From positions 38,698,304 to 38,762,303 of the forward strand of contig NC_092671.1 in NCBI RefSeq assembly GCF_964355755.1: 64,000 nt of DNA, written 5' to 3'. This stretch comes from Antedon mediterranea (lineage: Eukaryota; Animalia; Echinodermata). The notes under the pieces were generated by a model. It did not search any database and was not told the DNA's origin. It saw only the letters and a list, made by a program, of their open reading frames with translations. Positions 14,101 to 29,100 of the stretch are shown in pieces (the stretch's first letter is position 1; every line of letters starts with the position of its first letter). Made by a program: the position numbers and the translations under genes.

Positions 14101-17100
14101 TTAGTACTGTACATTATCATTGAAATTTCTACCCGAAAATAGCAACATGCAGTTAGTTAACTCAAACAGCAGTTAGTTAACTCAAACAGCAATTAGTTAA
14201 CTCAAACAGCAGTTAGTTCACTCAAACAGCAGTTAGTTCACTCAAACAGCAGTTAGTTAACTCAAACAGCAGTTTAGTTTAAAGAGAGAAGTGGTTTCTG
14301 GAAAAAGCAAGTGAACGAACTACATGAAAATTAAGAACATAATTCTATTTGACATGTTTTATTGTAATTCAGCATTATTGCTAATGTTAAGATCCTCCTC
14401 ATCTAAGATAAATTTAATGACTCAAAGTATTAAATGTATTAGCTGTTAGTATAATATGTGTGAAAACTCCTGTTTTCAAACTAACATATTTTCACATGAA
14501 CTTTGTCATTTAGAAATAACCAGTCATGTTGTGAACTCTCTGATAATTCTCAATACGCTCGATCGGTCAGTTAAAAACAACATCCAATTTGTGGATACAT
14601 ATGTAATATAGAAAATTCTAATCTAGTTGTCTACCTTGGCTTAACTAGGATGCTTAAGTCTCTGTCACAATATTTTAGTTTAGATATGACTAAAGCTCTG
14701 TCTACACCATCAAACTTTATGTGACAAACAAAAAAACAGTGGGGTTTGTGAGGTTTAGCAATATTCTGTAGTATTTCAATTGATTCAAGAAAAATTAAAA
14801 TATGCATATATATATATTGATGTTACACAAGGAATTCAAACCACATATATTTCTGAATATTAAAATTATTATAACATAAACCAGCAAGGCAGCATTTGAT
14901 TCAAGAAAAATAAAAATATGCGTAACTGTTTTGATGTTACACGAGGAATTCAAACCAACTGTATTTCTGAATATTTAAATGATTAAAACATAAAATAGCA
15001 TTTTATGTTTAACATGGAAGTGAGTGGGAAGTAGATTTGCAGCTCATTAATATGTTAATATGTAATGAACTGCCTCAAGCTACTTGACAATAAACTCAAC
15101 ACGACAAAGTAACACACTTTAACCCAACTGTCAGCTTTTATTGAATTCAAAATGAGTGATGATATACTAATGAGCATTAGACCTGATTTAAATGTCCGCA
15201 GCACCAAAGAATTGTGGGAATGATTGATGCGAGTACGCTAAGTATTTAAGCTAGATTAGTTCAGTATTTCAAACAATCTAATTGTAAATTAACATTTTAA
15301 CAATATTCTGTATAAAATACAATATTTGGACAAATTTAATTATATATTTGATTTTAAATATAAATTAATGATAATACAGACAAATTCATAATTTATTTTA
15401 TAACAAATTGCAATAGATATTTGTTTAATTAATATTCCATTAATCCACACAAATTCCACATATTAATTTAGTATTATGACAATACCACTATCTTGGAGGG
15501 GCACTTGAAGTTTTTATTAATATTTTTCAAGGTGTTCTACCGTAAACAAGTCCCGTAGCGATGTTAAAAACAGACAAGGCAAATATAAATATTAATATAA
15601 AATATGATGATCTGTGCTGAGGAATTTGGGTGGGTGGTGAAAATAGAAATCTGCCTCATGCTGGCTACGGCCCTGATATACCTACTGTACTGTATGTTGA
15701 TTGTCAATCAACATAAGCTAGGAAAGTAATAGACAAATCAATTATAATGTTAAGTTGATTCAAATATTATAAACAATTTATCCATTTTTATGTACCATGC
15801 TTTTTATTTGTATCTAATTTATTTTTCCATTCCTTGTCTTAAGCCTTGTCTACACTATCAAACTAGTGTGATGTGCCCAAATATGGTAGTGATACACTCA
15901 AATATGGTAGTGATATGCTCAAATATGGTAGCTAGTAGTGATGACATCATCATGTCCATATATAGGCACCTTACATTTTTTTGAAACATTGTCTTGGATG
16001 TAATTAACTAAATCTGACATATTGAAAAAAGAACTAAAATACCTCTACGCCATGCTGACATTTTGTAGAGTAATTCACAAATTATTCTCGATTACTGATT
16101 TATAAAGAATGGACAGTTAACGCAAAATCTATACTTTAAATATTAAAGTATTTTATTAGGAATTATAAGTACAGAACATAAAAAAAGATTAAAATATGTA
16201 AATATTACAGATTGAAAGAAAAAATGAATTTTTTATATTGATTTTATACGAACATTTGATTATTAAAATGTGCATACTTAAAGCTCTGTCTACATTATCA
16301 AACTTTATGTGAAAAAAAAAATGTGTTGTGCCCATATATGGACATGATGATGTCATATCACTACAATATTTGGGCATATCACTACCATATTTAGGCACAT
16401 CACACTTTTTTTTTTGTCAAACTAGTTTGATAGCGTAGACAAAGCTTTAATGAGAAATATGTTGTAGTTTTAGCGATGTGCATTGCTAGAAATAGCAGGA
16501 AACAGACATACCCTTTTTTCTTATTGAGTACAAATTAATTTTCTTTGAGGCTTTGTGGCAAATCCCTGTATAATGTATTAAAGGCCAACAACACTATGTT
16601 TTTGGTTGATAAATATCAATCAGGTTAACGCAGTACTACATCAGGTTATTGACTTAACAGTATGTTACTAATATAATTACCATAAGGAGGAGTATAATAG
16701 AAATGTACTATAGTAGGATACTATACATTAGTAGCATCTTTACAATACAATTTAATGACAAAAAACAAGAAAATCGACGTTTCGAAACCATCATGGAACA
16801 ATTTTTCAAGATCAAGTGATCAAATTACACAAGACAACAAATACCAATGGGTGACAGGAAATACTAATTGATTGGTTAATTAACATCATTAATTAGTAGC
16901 ATCATTATTTTCATTTCAATTTTATGATTCAAATCATAAATCCACATTTTATGTTCCATTTAACAGAGTAAATGTCTTGAAAAAGGGGTTTCAGACACGC
17001 TTACCATCGTTGTATAACTATTTAAGTGAGTTCAATGTAAATGTTGATATTTTTTTCAATAGTTATTCTTCATTCAAGACTCAGTGTATTCTTTTTTTAA

Positions 17101-20100
17101 ATAATCGTGCTCAATAGGCTAATTTTTTTGTTTTTTTAAGGTTGCTTCAAATAGTATTTATTATTATACAGAGGCCTACATAATAAAAAATAAATAAAAA
17201 TGAATAATAAAAAGAATAAAAATAGTGATAACAATTTTTCTAAAATATTATTCTTGAAACATAGAGTAGATATAAAAAAAGGAAAAGATTGAGGGAAATT
17301 ATTCATAATATTAATAGTTGTAATTATGAATTATAATAAACATTTTTCAGACATGGTACATAAATTGTAGCGAGCGACATAACGTTGTCTTACAGTAAAT
17401 CATAGCAAACCCACTGGGAGATTAACTATTTATTAAACTACTGGTTATTGATGTCATCAAAGTTAACTCTCAAACATTGGCTTTTCTATCGCATGTTGCT
17501 GGATAACATTAAAAATTGATCATATAATTTCATACAATAATCTTTGATAAGAACACACTTTATGCTTAACTGCATTGTTCTCAATAAACAATTAATGCAG
17601 GTTTACGTGGAGTGTAGTGTACTTTTTGCAATTGAGTTAAATGCATATTGAATTCTTATTTTTATTTTTAGCAATTTAGTCAGATTGGTACTTTTCACCT
17701 GTAAAAAACAATTGTCAAAATGTCAATTTTAATGTCACATAATAGTTACTCACATTTACCATATACAGTATCCTCTGGTATAATCCAACCCCACTAGAAT
17801 ACGAAACTGGGTCGACTTTGGGGGCTGGACTATACCCGGGGAAACCCTGTTTATGGAAAAAAAATGATTGGTAAGCATTTCTTGTACCTTTAAAAACTCA
17901 TCTGAATTGGCTAGGGCCTACATCCACGCCAACGGTCAATACTAAGACTATACCTGGTTTGCCTGTTTGTGAAACCAGACATAAAGTAGGGGGTGGGATT
18001 AGACTGACCAGAAGTGGGATTATCCCCAAAGATATACCGGTACAGTTATTAGATTTACAATATTCCACAAGGAAATATGTCTAAAATACCAATTCTTCAA
18101 ATTTGAATAATATCAGATTTATAAATTTTAAAGACATAGTTTAATACTGTACTAACAGGTGTGGTCTATGTTCATTTTCTACAACTGGACAATGTACTGT
18201 ATGTCAGTTGTTAAGATTTGGTTTGTCATAAGTGACAGCAAGGAGCAATGGTGGCAGTGAAGAGTGTGACAGGTGATGCTGAGTGATGAACCAGGACCTA
18301 CTGTAACTCTTGAAAAGATAGAAATAGGGATATTAGAATTAGGAGTTGTCTCCCACCTGAATCTAGATGTTTAAGCTCTGTCTACACTATCAACTAGTTT
18401 GACAAAAGAAGTGTGATGTACTGTACTGCCTAAAAATGGTAGTGATATGCCTAAATATGGTAGTGATATGCCTAAATATGGTAGTGATATGACATCATCA
18501 TGTCCATATATGGCCACATGACTTTTGCATGAGGTTATGTGGCTAGGGGACAGGCTAGGTGGCAAGAGCAAGGTGGCCGATGACAAAACGATATGTAATT
18601 ATTTTATTTTATAAATCATCCAATGTCCAGAAAAGAAGTAGAAAAGTATCACTATTTTTCACATTTTAAAAATAATTTTCTTGTAGGATGTTTTAACGAA
18701 CAGTGGGCAATATCCTGTGAAGAAGGTTGCAGGGCTGTAGATGCCCCTGCACAGCTAAAAGAGGGCAACAAGACTGTACATTACTGTTGTTGTACCACTA
18801 GCATGTGTAATGCAAATGTGTCTGATGTCTACGTCCCTACGCTGCATCCTCCTTTTGTCCCCGGTGTCCCAGGTAGGCCTACTGTCTCTTTTTTTTAATT
18901 TTATACTGTACGCATCTAACAGCGAACACAAACTCGCCAATTACTGAATGGAAAAAATATTTTATAATTTATCATGGTTATAAACCAAGTCTCATTTGAG
19001 GCTTAAGGAGTGGAGTTGAAATAGTTACAACCCTGGCACTAGGTCAGGATTGAACCCCGGACCTTGGGATTGGAAGGCAAGCATGTTAACTACAAAGCTA
19101 CAGCTTCACTACTCTTTTGTTATAAGCTGAAATCTGTTGATACTAAAAAATTGTAGAATATCACGGCTAGATCCAGGATTTTTCAAAAGGGAAGTGCCAA
19201 CAACATACTCACTGTAACATTAATATTAATATTTTAACTTACAAATTGTAACTACATTTTTAGATTTTTGTGCAATAATTTGTGTGTATTAATTTTTGTT
19301 TATAATTTCTATTTATCTGTTTTTTATCAGACTAATAATAGCTAATCTTTAAGAAGAAATTCTGTTGTTATTTTATTATGATAACGGACAAATAAAGCTT
19401 TTCAGTATTCAATATAAAAGATAAAAAAAAAGTAGTTAATATGTGTAATTCCATTTTACAGCTTTCAAAGAGAGAACATGTGCCTGTACAGTAGCTCGAC
19501 TACCCGCTTACTATACCGCCCCCGAGTAATAAATCAATAATTTCTTTTTAATAATCGCGTATTCCTGGTTAGTACCGGTATGTGTTTTCAGAATGTGAAT
19601 TTTGTACAGATGTCAGATTAAGAAAAAATAAAAACCAGTTACAAAATATTTATTCCATATGAAATAGTGAGTCATCATTCTCATGAATTTCAAATTATAA
19701 TAATCTTTGTAAAATGTTATCTACTGTAGTTTGATATTTAAAATATGTGAAATTTAATCAGAAATATGTAATCGACCAATTACTGATCAATTTATGATTT
19801 AAATCTCTAATACAAACTGCTTAAAGTACTGTATGACCAGTCGTAATGCATGTAAGAGGAGATATTCTATCGTCCTATAAAAGCCAGTAAAAAAAAAACC
19901 ATTTTGCTAATGTTAATGGTTTCTTGTAAAAAGGCATTCACACTGTGTTATAGAATTTAAGGTTTTCACCTTTGTATAAATGTAACATCTCTTTTTTAAA
20001 TGTAATATCTTTTATTTCTGTTTAAAAAAAAATACAAACACATACAGTAATGTTCATTATCGTCTACACTTAAACTGTTATTTATTTATTTATTAACAAT

Positions 20101-23100
20101 ATTTAACCAGGGTGGCCCAATCAGTCAAAAAGACTGGTCTCCCTTGGGGCCCTGGGTACAATAGTACATTTTAAACTAAAATATAAAAATAACAGTAATG
20201 CCTTAAAGTTACTTTTGTTCCCTGAAAGACTCGCCTATTCTCATTTCTGCATGTAAAAGTAAATTACAAGGAATTTGATTTCTCTAATAGGAGTCTTATT
20301 GTTTGCTATGGGTATTTACAGTATAAAGACAGACAAACTTTAGTTTCACATAGCCTCCCTTAAGCTCTGTCTACACTATCAAACTTTATTTGACAAAAAA
20401 TGTGATGTGCCTATATATGGACATGATGACGTCATATCACTACCATGATTTAGGGACATCACACTTTTTTTGTCAAACAAGTTTGATAGTGTAAACAGAG
20501 CTTTAGAAATTACTGTAGCTATATAATACTACTGATTTTCTATGCAAGTTGCTGTAGTACAGTAGTATGAGAAAACCAGAAAGAACACGCTATGAACAAA
20601 CTTAACCAGCATTGATGTTGCAATCGACTGTATTATTTATTAATAAGTAATAATTACTATTCCTACCTCAGTTGGACAGTTTTCAAGTAGGGATATGCTT
20701 AGGTGGATTGCTAAAATGTCATTTAAAATTATTTCCTCTAGAGAGTTTGACAGCCTCAAAGGGATGATCTTAAAAAACACCATTTACATGAACTAAAGTG
20801 CTCTTTACAGAATTTTAAATGGGATAAAATAATTATGATTAAACAAGTTAACACTAATCTTAAGCGATGTGATAATTGGTGTTGATTAATTAATATGTAC
20901 ATTGCCAGATAAGTGTCATTGGTGTTTATCATGTCTGTCTTCCAAGGGTTTTAACGAACAAATGTTTTTATTCCACTCTCCAAGCTTCAAATGAGACTTA
21001 CACTCTCTTTGGGCTGAGTCTTATTGATGGACACTAGTTCTTCTTTTTACCACTTACTAATACTATGTTAAGTAGTACCTGTTTAAGATTAAACTTACTA
21101 TCACTTGACAATACATGACATGTAATATATAATGTGCTTTCCATTTTAAACATCCTCAAGAACTTGAAACTATATAGTTTATATAGTTAGTAGATTTTTT
21201 TTTTGTAACAAAAATCAGTACAACATAAAGTTAACCTAAAACTAAGTAAAAATTAAAATTAGTTAAAAACTTAAATACTTGAAGCAACTGGATTCATGAA
21301 GTTTATTTCATTGGATTTTGAATTAAATAAAACCAGTAATATACCAGGTTTTGTCTTACTCTAACAACAGTAATGAGTTGATCTTTCACACCTGTTCCGG
21401 CACGGTTCCGGTCCGACGCCGCTAAATCAAATTGGACGTCAATGTTTTGTTTCCACGCGACTACGTGCATACCGATTGGCGCATAGCCACGTGGAGCATC
21501 GTGAAAACAAAATATTGATGTTCGATTTGATTTGCCGCTGGACCGGAACCATGCCGGAACAAGTGTGAAGGAGACCCTTAAGAGTAGGAAAATAAATCTG
21601 ACTTACTTAGCTTGATGGCGTAAAGCACTTCGTAATACTTAAATTATTATTTTTTTGTTTCAATTGCAGAACCACCTGTTCCTAGTAAGACAAACAATAA
21701 AAGGACAATAATCATGGCAATACTGCCAATATTCTGCCTCAGCATCGTCATGGTATCAATCTTCCTTATTTGTCGTCTCCGTTTAATGGCGTACAAAGAA
21801 AGTCTGTCGGAGCTGCCATCGATAGAATCTGGGAATTTAGAACCAACGTTTGATCTTGATCAAATGAAACTTTTTAATTTAGTCGGTCAGGGACGGTATT
21901 GCAACTGTTACCGCGGCACACTCAGCGAACAAGAGGTCGCTGTAAAACTATTTGCCGGTTCGTCGAGAAACTGCTTCTTAAATGAGCGCGAGATCTACAG
22001 CATAGGTACACTGGATCATGCAAATGTTTTGAAATTTTACGGTACAGCCGAGAGGTTAGGTGAAGATGGCTGGATGGAGTACTTATTGATAGTGGAATAC
22101 ATATCAGGAGGATCTTTGATGGGGTACCTTAAAGACAATGTCTTTGACTGGTTTGGAATGTGTAGACTTGCACAAACAACTGCTGCAGGAATTGCATATA
22201 TCCATCAAGAAATAAAAAATGGAGGTTTGCATTTTGTTTTTTAATTTATAAAATGTAAATAAAAAGTAATTTTTTGGTAATTTTGTTTGTAAATTTGCCA
22301 TTGGCAGTCTGTCTGGTTGTTACAGATCTCCATTGGCATAATGGCTATGAGCGCTTTCTGACTTAACCCGGGGCATATGGGGGCTCCAAGATGCATTCAA
22401 ATATGTAGAAAAACTAACAACGCCCGTTGGAGGGCCACTTAAGGCTCCTACGTTACATTTAGCCACTGCATTACTCACATAGTAATATTTGTTTTCTCAA
22501 ACTTCTACGTGTTTAGATGTAGTGAAACCTGCGATTGTTCACCGTGATATTAACTCTCGTAACATTCTTGTTCGGCCTAATGGGGCATGTGTGATAGGTG
22601 ACCTAGGCTTTGCAATGAAGGTGTCGGGCTCCAGGCTAGTGGGTGAGGATGATGACACCAGCTCTCTTACTGATGTAAGTTCATCACAAACTGTCATTTT
22701 ATATCTGGTTTATTAAGTATTTGTATACAGTTAGTAAGAGTAAAGCTCTGTTCAACACTATCAAAGTTTATGTGACATAAAAATGTGATGTGCCCATATA
22801 TGGACATGATGATGTCATAGCACTATCATATTTGGGCATATCACTACCATATTTTAACACATCACACTTGTTTTGTCAAACTAGTTTGATAGTGTAGACA
22901 GAGCTTTAAAATGGATGCAGCTCTACTTATAAAAGGTTAAAGATGATAATGACTGTTTTTAAGCATTTAAAAAAAATGTATTGATTGTACTGCGAATCTA
23001 CACACTCTGAGTAAAGCATTTATTGACATCATATAGAACCTTTTAATCAACACTGTCAATACAAAGTGTCAGATGTGTGGCAAAGGTATCAAATAAATGC

Positions 23101-26100
23101 TTATAAAATGTATGACTCGTCGTGAAGAAGAATAATAATTTGGTACGGTCCTGTTATGAATGAATATTATATTATTAATAAAATATTAAATAGAAGGTAA
23201 TTGGTATTGACTATGGTGGTGTGTTGGGATGTTCCCACTTGAGGGCAGGGTTCATGGAATGTACCATTATCTGACAGGGGTTTTTCAAAAAATGTGTATA
23301 TATTCGAGTTGTAGCTCTCTTCTCGGAGAAAATAGGCCAATGTCGGTTTATCCAGGTAAGCTAGCACTTATAGACTACTAACACCACTTTTGGTTTGTGT
23401 AATCACAAAAAAACGGTTAATAAATAAATTTACAATACATTATTTATGAACTATCATACCTTCAATCAAAAACTTTCTATAAATCTCATAATACTGATTT
23501 ACTGTAGTAGTTGTTCATATTTGACATTTAAAAATAATTTTAAAAGGTCTTTTCAAATCTTTTTTATTTCACTGATTTATTTTTTAACAATCTGTGTATT
23601 AGGTTGGCACTGTTCGTTATATGTCACCAGAGGCTCTAGAGGGCGCTGTCAATTTACGCGATTGTGAATCGGCACTGAAACAGGTTGACATTTATGCTTT
23701 AGGGCTTGTCATATGGGAAATATCAAACAGATGCTCCGATCTGTTTCCCGGTGAGTTTTATTTTTTAAAACATTCAGATCATTAAATATTAAGAGAGCAA
23801 TAAAATAGTAAAAAAGTGAAAAAAACATAGTGTGACTAGCTCTTCTGTCCTACAAAACGTGGTATTGTTTTTATTATTGTGCAATTATAATTGGTTTTAA
23901 TATTATTGTGACTTTGTGCAAATACAATCCAAAACACATTTTATAATTAACTACGAAAAGAACGTAACTATCATATCTGTTGAAATGCTGCCTTTTTTTG
24001 TTGAATTATTACTTTAAATTTGAATGATAATGGGTGTTCAATTAGTTAACTTTAAATGTAAACATCTCTTGATTTTAATCATAAAGCATTTGTTATTGTT
24101 TAAATTGGTATACTCAGTGAAGAGTGAAATTCTCTTTTCCCTGGTATACTGTAGTCGCTGGGTGCTGCTATAATCAGCAAAAACTTTCCTGTAAATTATA
24201 TTGTAACAGCATATGTAATTAAATACTTTGGCAGGATGTGCTGATGGCTAAACATATTTGTTAATACTGTTGCCAATGAGGAGGATGTAATAGGCCTAGA
24301 TATCAAACTCAACTCATTATTTTAATGTCAAACTTGACTTTTGGTCTTGTCACGCTTTAGGTTTTGTTAAGACGATCAAGCCAAATAGCATTATTAAGTT
24401 GGCATTATTCCAGCAACAACAAAGATCTTGTGATTTAATTTTACACAACAAGGCAGTTTTATAAGTAGGTCATAATAGGTTTTAGTTGTTTTTATTTTAA
24501 ACTGAATTTTGTGAGGAGGTTCCTTAAACAAAAGATAATCATTAAGGAACATATCATTGATAGTGTTCAAAAAGCTTAAAACACCAATGACAGTGTTCAA
24601 AATGCTTACAACACCAATGACTGTGTTCAAAATGCTTACAACACCAATGACTGTGTTCAAAATGCTTACAACACCAATGCCAGTATTCAAAATGCTTACA
24701 ACACCAGTGACAGTGTTCAAAATGCTTACAACACCAGTGACAGTGTTAAAAATGCTTACAACACCAGTGACTTTGTTCAAAATGCTTACAACACCAATGC
24801 CAGTGTTCAAAATGCTTACAACACCAGTGAAAATGTTCAAAATGCTTACAACCCCAATGCCAGTGTTCAAAATGCGTACAACCCCAATGACAGTGTTCAA
24901 AATGCGTACAACACCAATGACAGTGTTCAAAAAGCTTACAACACCAATGACAGTGTTCAAAAAGCTTACAACACCAGTGACTGTGTTCAAAATGCTTACA
25001 ACACCAATGCCAGTGTTCAAAATGCTTACAACACCAGTGACAATGTTCAAAATGCTTACAACCCCAATGCCAGTGTTCAAAATGCGTACAACACCAATGA
25101 CAGTGTTCAAAATGCGTACAACACCAATGCCAGTGTTCAAAATGCTTACAACACCAATGACAGTGTTCAAAATGCTTACAACCCCAATGCCAGTGTTCAA
25201 AATGCTTACAACACCAGTGACTGTGTTCAAATGCTTACAACACCAATGACAATGTTCAAAATGCGTACAACAGCAATGACAGTGTTCAAAATGAGTACAA
25301 CAGCAATGGCAGTGTTCAAAATGCTTACAACCAATGACAATGTTCAAAATGCTTACAACCCCAATGCCAGTGTTCAAAATGCTTACAACACCAGTGACTG
25401 TGTTCAAATGCTTACAACACCAATGACAATGTTCAAAATGCGTACAACAGCAATGACAGTGTTCAAAATGAGTACAACAGCAATGGCAGTGTTCAAAATG
25501 CTTACAACCAATGACAATGTTCAAATGCTTACAACACCAATGAAAGTGTTCAAAATGGTTACAACACCAATGACAGTGTTCAAAATGGTTACAACACCAA
25601 TGAAAGTGTTCAAAATGGTTACAACACCAATGACAGTGTTCAAAATGGTTACAACACCAACACTAGTCTTCAATAATTGATTAAAAAAAAGGTTATATCA
25701 GAATTATGAACTATTTGTGAAACATTAGAATGGATTTCAACATAAAACATCAATATCTTATCCTGCCTAAAGCTCTGTCTACACTATCAAAATAGTTTGA
25801 TAAAATAAAGTGTGCCCAAATATGGTACTGATATGACATCATCATGTCCATATAAGGGCACATCACATTTTTTTGTCACACAAAGTTTGATAGTGTAGAC
25901 AGAGCTTTAAATTGCATTTGTCTAACGCTCCAACAGTGTTTATGCCCTGCTGTCACAGAGCTAAACATTATCATTAGATGTATAGCAGCCATTAAAAAGA
26001 ATGTGTCCAATAATCAAACATAGTAATCGTGTTTCAACTATGGTTTTCTTTTACATACATTGTGAACATTAATGGAATACATTTAATCCATAGATTAGAC

Positions 26101-29100
26101 ATCATTCAAGTTTGACCTTTATTATAGTTGCATTTAAACCATATGGTATTTCTGATTGCATATACTTTATATTTTGTCAAGTGGACTCTTCAATAACATT
26201 CCTCAACAGTTTAAATATATATATATAGTACATATACATATACATATACACGCCGAGAGTGTTAAAAGAGAGGCTATCCAATCGATTGAACAATACCATG
26301 AAAGCCCAAGTGGTCTAATGGTTAAAATATCTGCATATCAAGTAGAGGGTTCCGGGTCCAATCTCGGTTGTGGTGACTTTTTCTCATTCTCACAGATTCC
26401 TCATCTTTATTGTTTCAAATTAATTAAATGTCAGTATATCACAGCAGTTTAGAATTCATGTTCTGTGCCTGTGATGTTTATATATACAGTACATATATAT
26501 TTATATACAGTCCATGTGTACCAGTGTTTTCATGGACAAGTAAACGATTTAAATTAGGTTAAATAATATGTCCATAATAAACTATAAGCTAGTAGTATTT
26601 TAACTGCTTGAGCTATTTCCACTCTATAGATTAATATTACTAGAAATTTGCTTTAAAAACTAGATTTTATCTCCTATTTAATCCAGTCTTGCTACCTACT
26701 GTTGTATTTTGAACTCAAAAATAATAATAAATATCCCTTGTTTTTTTGTTATACATCAACATTGACATACTGTACAACAATAGATGTCTAAAATAACATT
26801 TTAAAAGTACACACCTTAGAACAGGCCATGTAGAATATGATTGGAAAGCATCAATTGCCTTGTAACAAACCCTGTAAAGCTCTGTCTCTACACTATCAAA
26901 CTAGTTTGACAAAAAAAAGTGTGATGTGCCCAAATATGGTAGTTATATGGCCAAATATGGTGGTTATATGCTCAAATATGGTGGTTATATGACATTATCA
27001 TGTCCATATATGTGCACATACAATTGTTTTGTCACATAAACGTTGATAGCTCTAAGCTTTGTGTACACTATCAAACTAGTTTGACAAAAAAGCGTGATGT
27101 GCCCAAATATGGTAGTGATATGCTCAAATATGGTGGTTATGACATCTCATCATGTCTATATACGGGTACATCACATTTTTTGTCACATAAAGTTTGATAG
27201 CTTTAAGCTTTGTCTGCACTATCAAACTTGTTTGACAAAAAAGCGTGATGTGCCAAAATATGTTAGTGATATGCCCAAATATGGTGTTTATATGACATCA
27301 CCATGTCCATATATGGGCACATCACATTTGTCACAAAGTTTGATAGTGTAGAAATAGCTTTAGGCTTTGTATGGATTTCAGTAGAATACCTGATACAGTG
27401 TTTCCATTGCTATACAGGCACATACAGTAGTTAAACATGGTAAAATGTAAGACAATGATACTACTGTAAATATACTGTAGTATAATAGACTGAGCCCAAT
27501 GTAGTGTTCTGTTGCTATCCTGGAAAACACAGGTTAAATCTAGGTGACCTCCTGTTTATACAGGGTATTTCGGTTTCCTACACCTATTATATACCTACAT
27601 CTATTATATACCTACATAAAGAGTTCCTGCCAACTTGGAAGCCTACTTCCAACCTTTTGTGTTCTGAATATCTAGGAAATAATGCTGTTAGTGTTATAAA
27701 CTTATATACTTTATATATACAGATTAACAAACACTAAACTTTAACATACTATAGACTTATTTTATTTTATTTTTTTTATTCTTTATATCAAACCAACAGT
27801 GTAAAACACCAATAACAGGTTGAAAATAAAAGCTAAACTATAAAATATGAGCCAATATAAATATATACAAATGAAAAAGAAAATTTAAATAATTTCATTA
27901 ATAATACATTTAAATTGAGAAAAATTACAGTTAAAAATATCTAAAGAATTATTTTTTAAAATACAAGAATTGTACAATGACGAGAGTCTACAGAAAATAC
28001 CATTTTTACAAACATTGACACGAGAAAATTTAACATGAAGAAAGGGTTTACTACGAAGATTACGAACAGGAACATTAAAATAAAACAACGAAACAAGATC
28101 ACAATCAAACTTAGAAGTAAGACATTTATACAGGAAGTGCAAGTCCTGTCTTGCTCTCCTAGATGTCGGGGAAACAATAGGAGGCAGGTTGGCTGCTGGG
28201 CCGACAAAGCGCAAGAACTTTGTATGATTGAACATAAAAGCAAACATATTTAAAGTTATGATTAAAACAATCTTCTAAAGAGCGGTCTACATTATCAAAC
28301 TAGTTATGACAAAAATAGGGTTAAATATGGTAGTGATATGACATCATCATGCCCTGGACACATCGCATTTTTGCCACATAAAGTTTGATAGTGTAGACAT
28401 AGATTATTTATGACATTCTATAGAACATTATGATGTTTGCACACCGAGAGACGCACCCCCTGGCGCATATACCCATGTGGTCCTTCGTCAGTATTCATCC
28501 AGATTATACATAGCATTTTTCTATATACAAAATGTGTAATGTTAAGCATGTCTGCACAAGGCCGATGGCCACACATTACATAAAACCTAGACAATCTATA
28601 AAAAGAAATTTAAACGACAAGTCTAAGCACTAGATTGATATTAGTAACTTAAGCTATGTTATTTCAATATGTAACAAATGCCGCTTCTGTTTTATACATT
28701 ATGTATGTTGCTAATGTATTATGGTTATCAATGTATTGAGGTATGTTTGAGCGAGCATGCTGCCAAGATGTTGAGGTGTGTTGCCAATATGTTGGGTTGT
28801 CACTGTGTGTTGCCATAGCCTTGGGCATATTTCCAGTGCTTTGGGACGTATTTCCAATGCGTTTATAGTGTAAGGTTTAGACTAGTTCGTTTGGTGGATT
28901 TGTGTAAAATATTACGCTCCATGGTTCTGGTGGTAGAACGAGTCTTCTCAGATAAGGAATATAAATCGTAGGTCCAGTGTAACATCTAGCTCATGTTCAC
29001 TTTAAGGAACCTAGTACATCTTTCGAGACAAGAACTGTAGGGGGTTACCCCGGTACATACTAATACATCACAGCCACTGATTATACTGTAACTGGGCTTC

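Noticed and set aside
18281-18363. Possible C/D snoRNA (GTGATGA ... CTGA)
   Set aside because: Negligible terminal stem, no recognisable rRNA-antisense element, and an atypical host gene.
24394-25680. Long ORFs (376, 230 and 149 aa) on both strands
   Set aside because: They are translations of a stop-free 30-bp intronic minisatellite with internal frameshifts; no splice or domain support.
27885-28247. 120-aa ORF as a nested host gene
   Set aside because: It matches the C-terminal pattern of a CR1/L2-group LINE protein and is followed by a retroposon tail.
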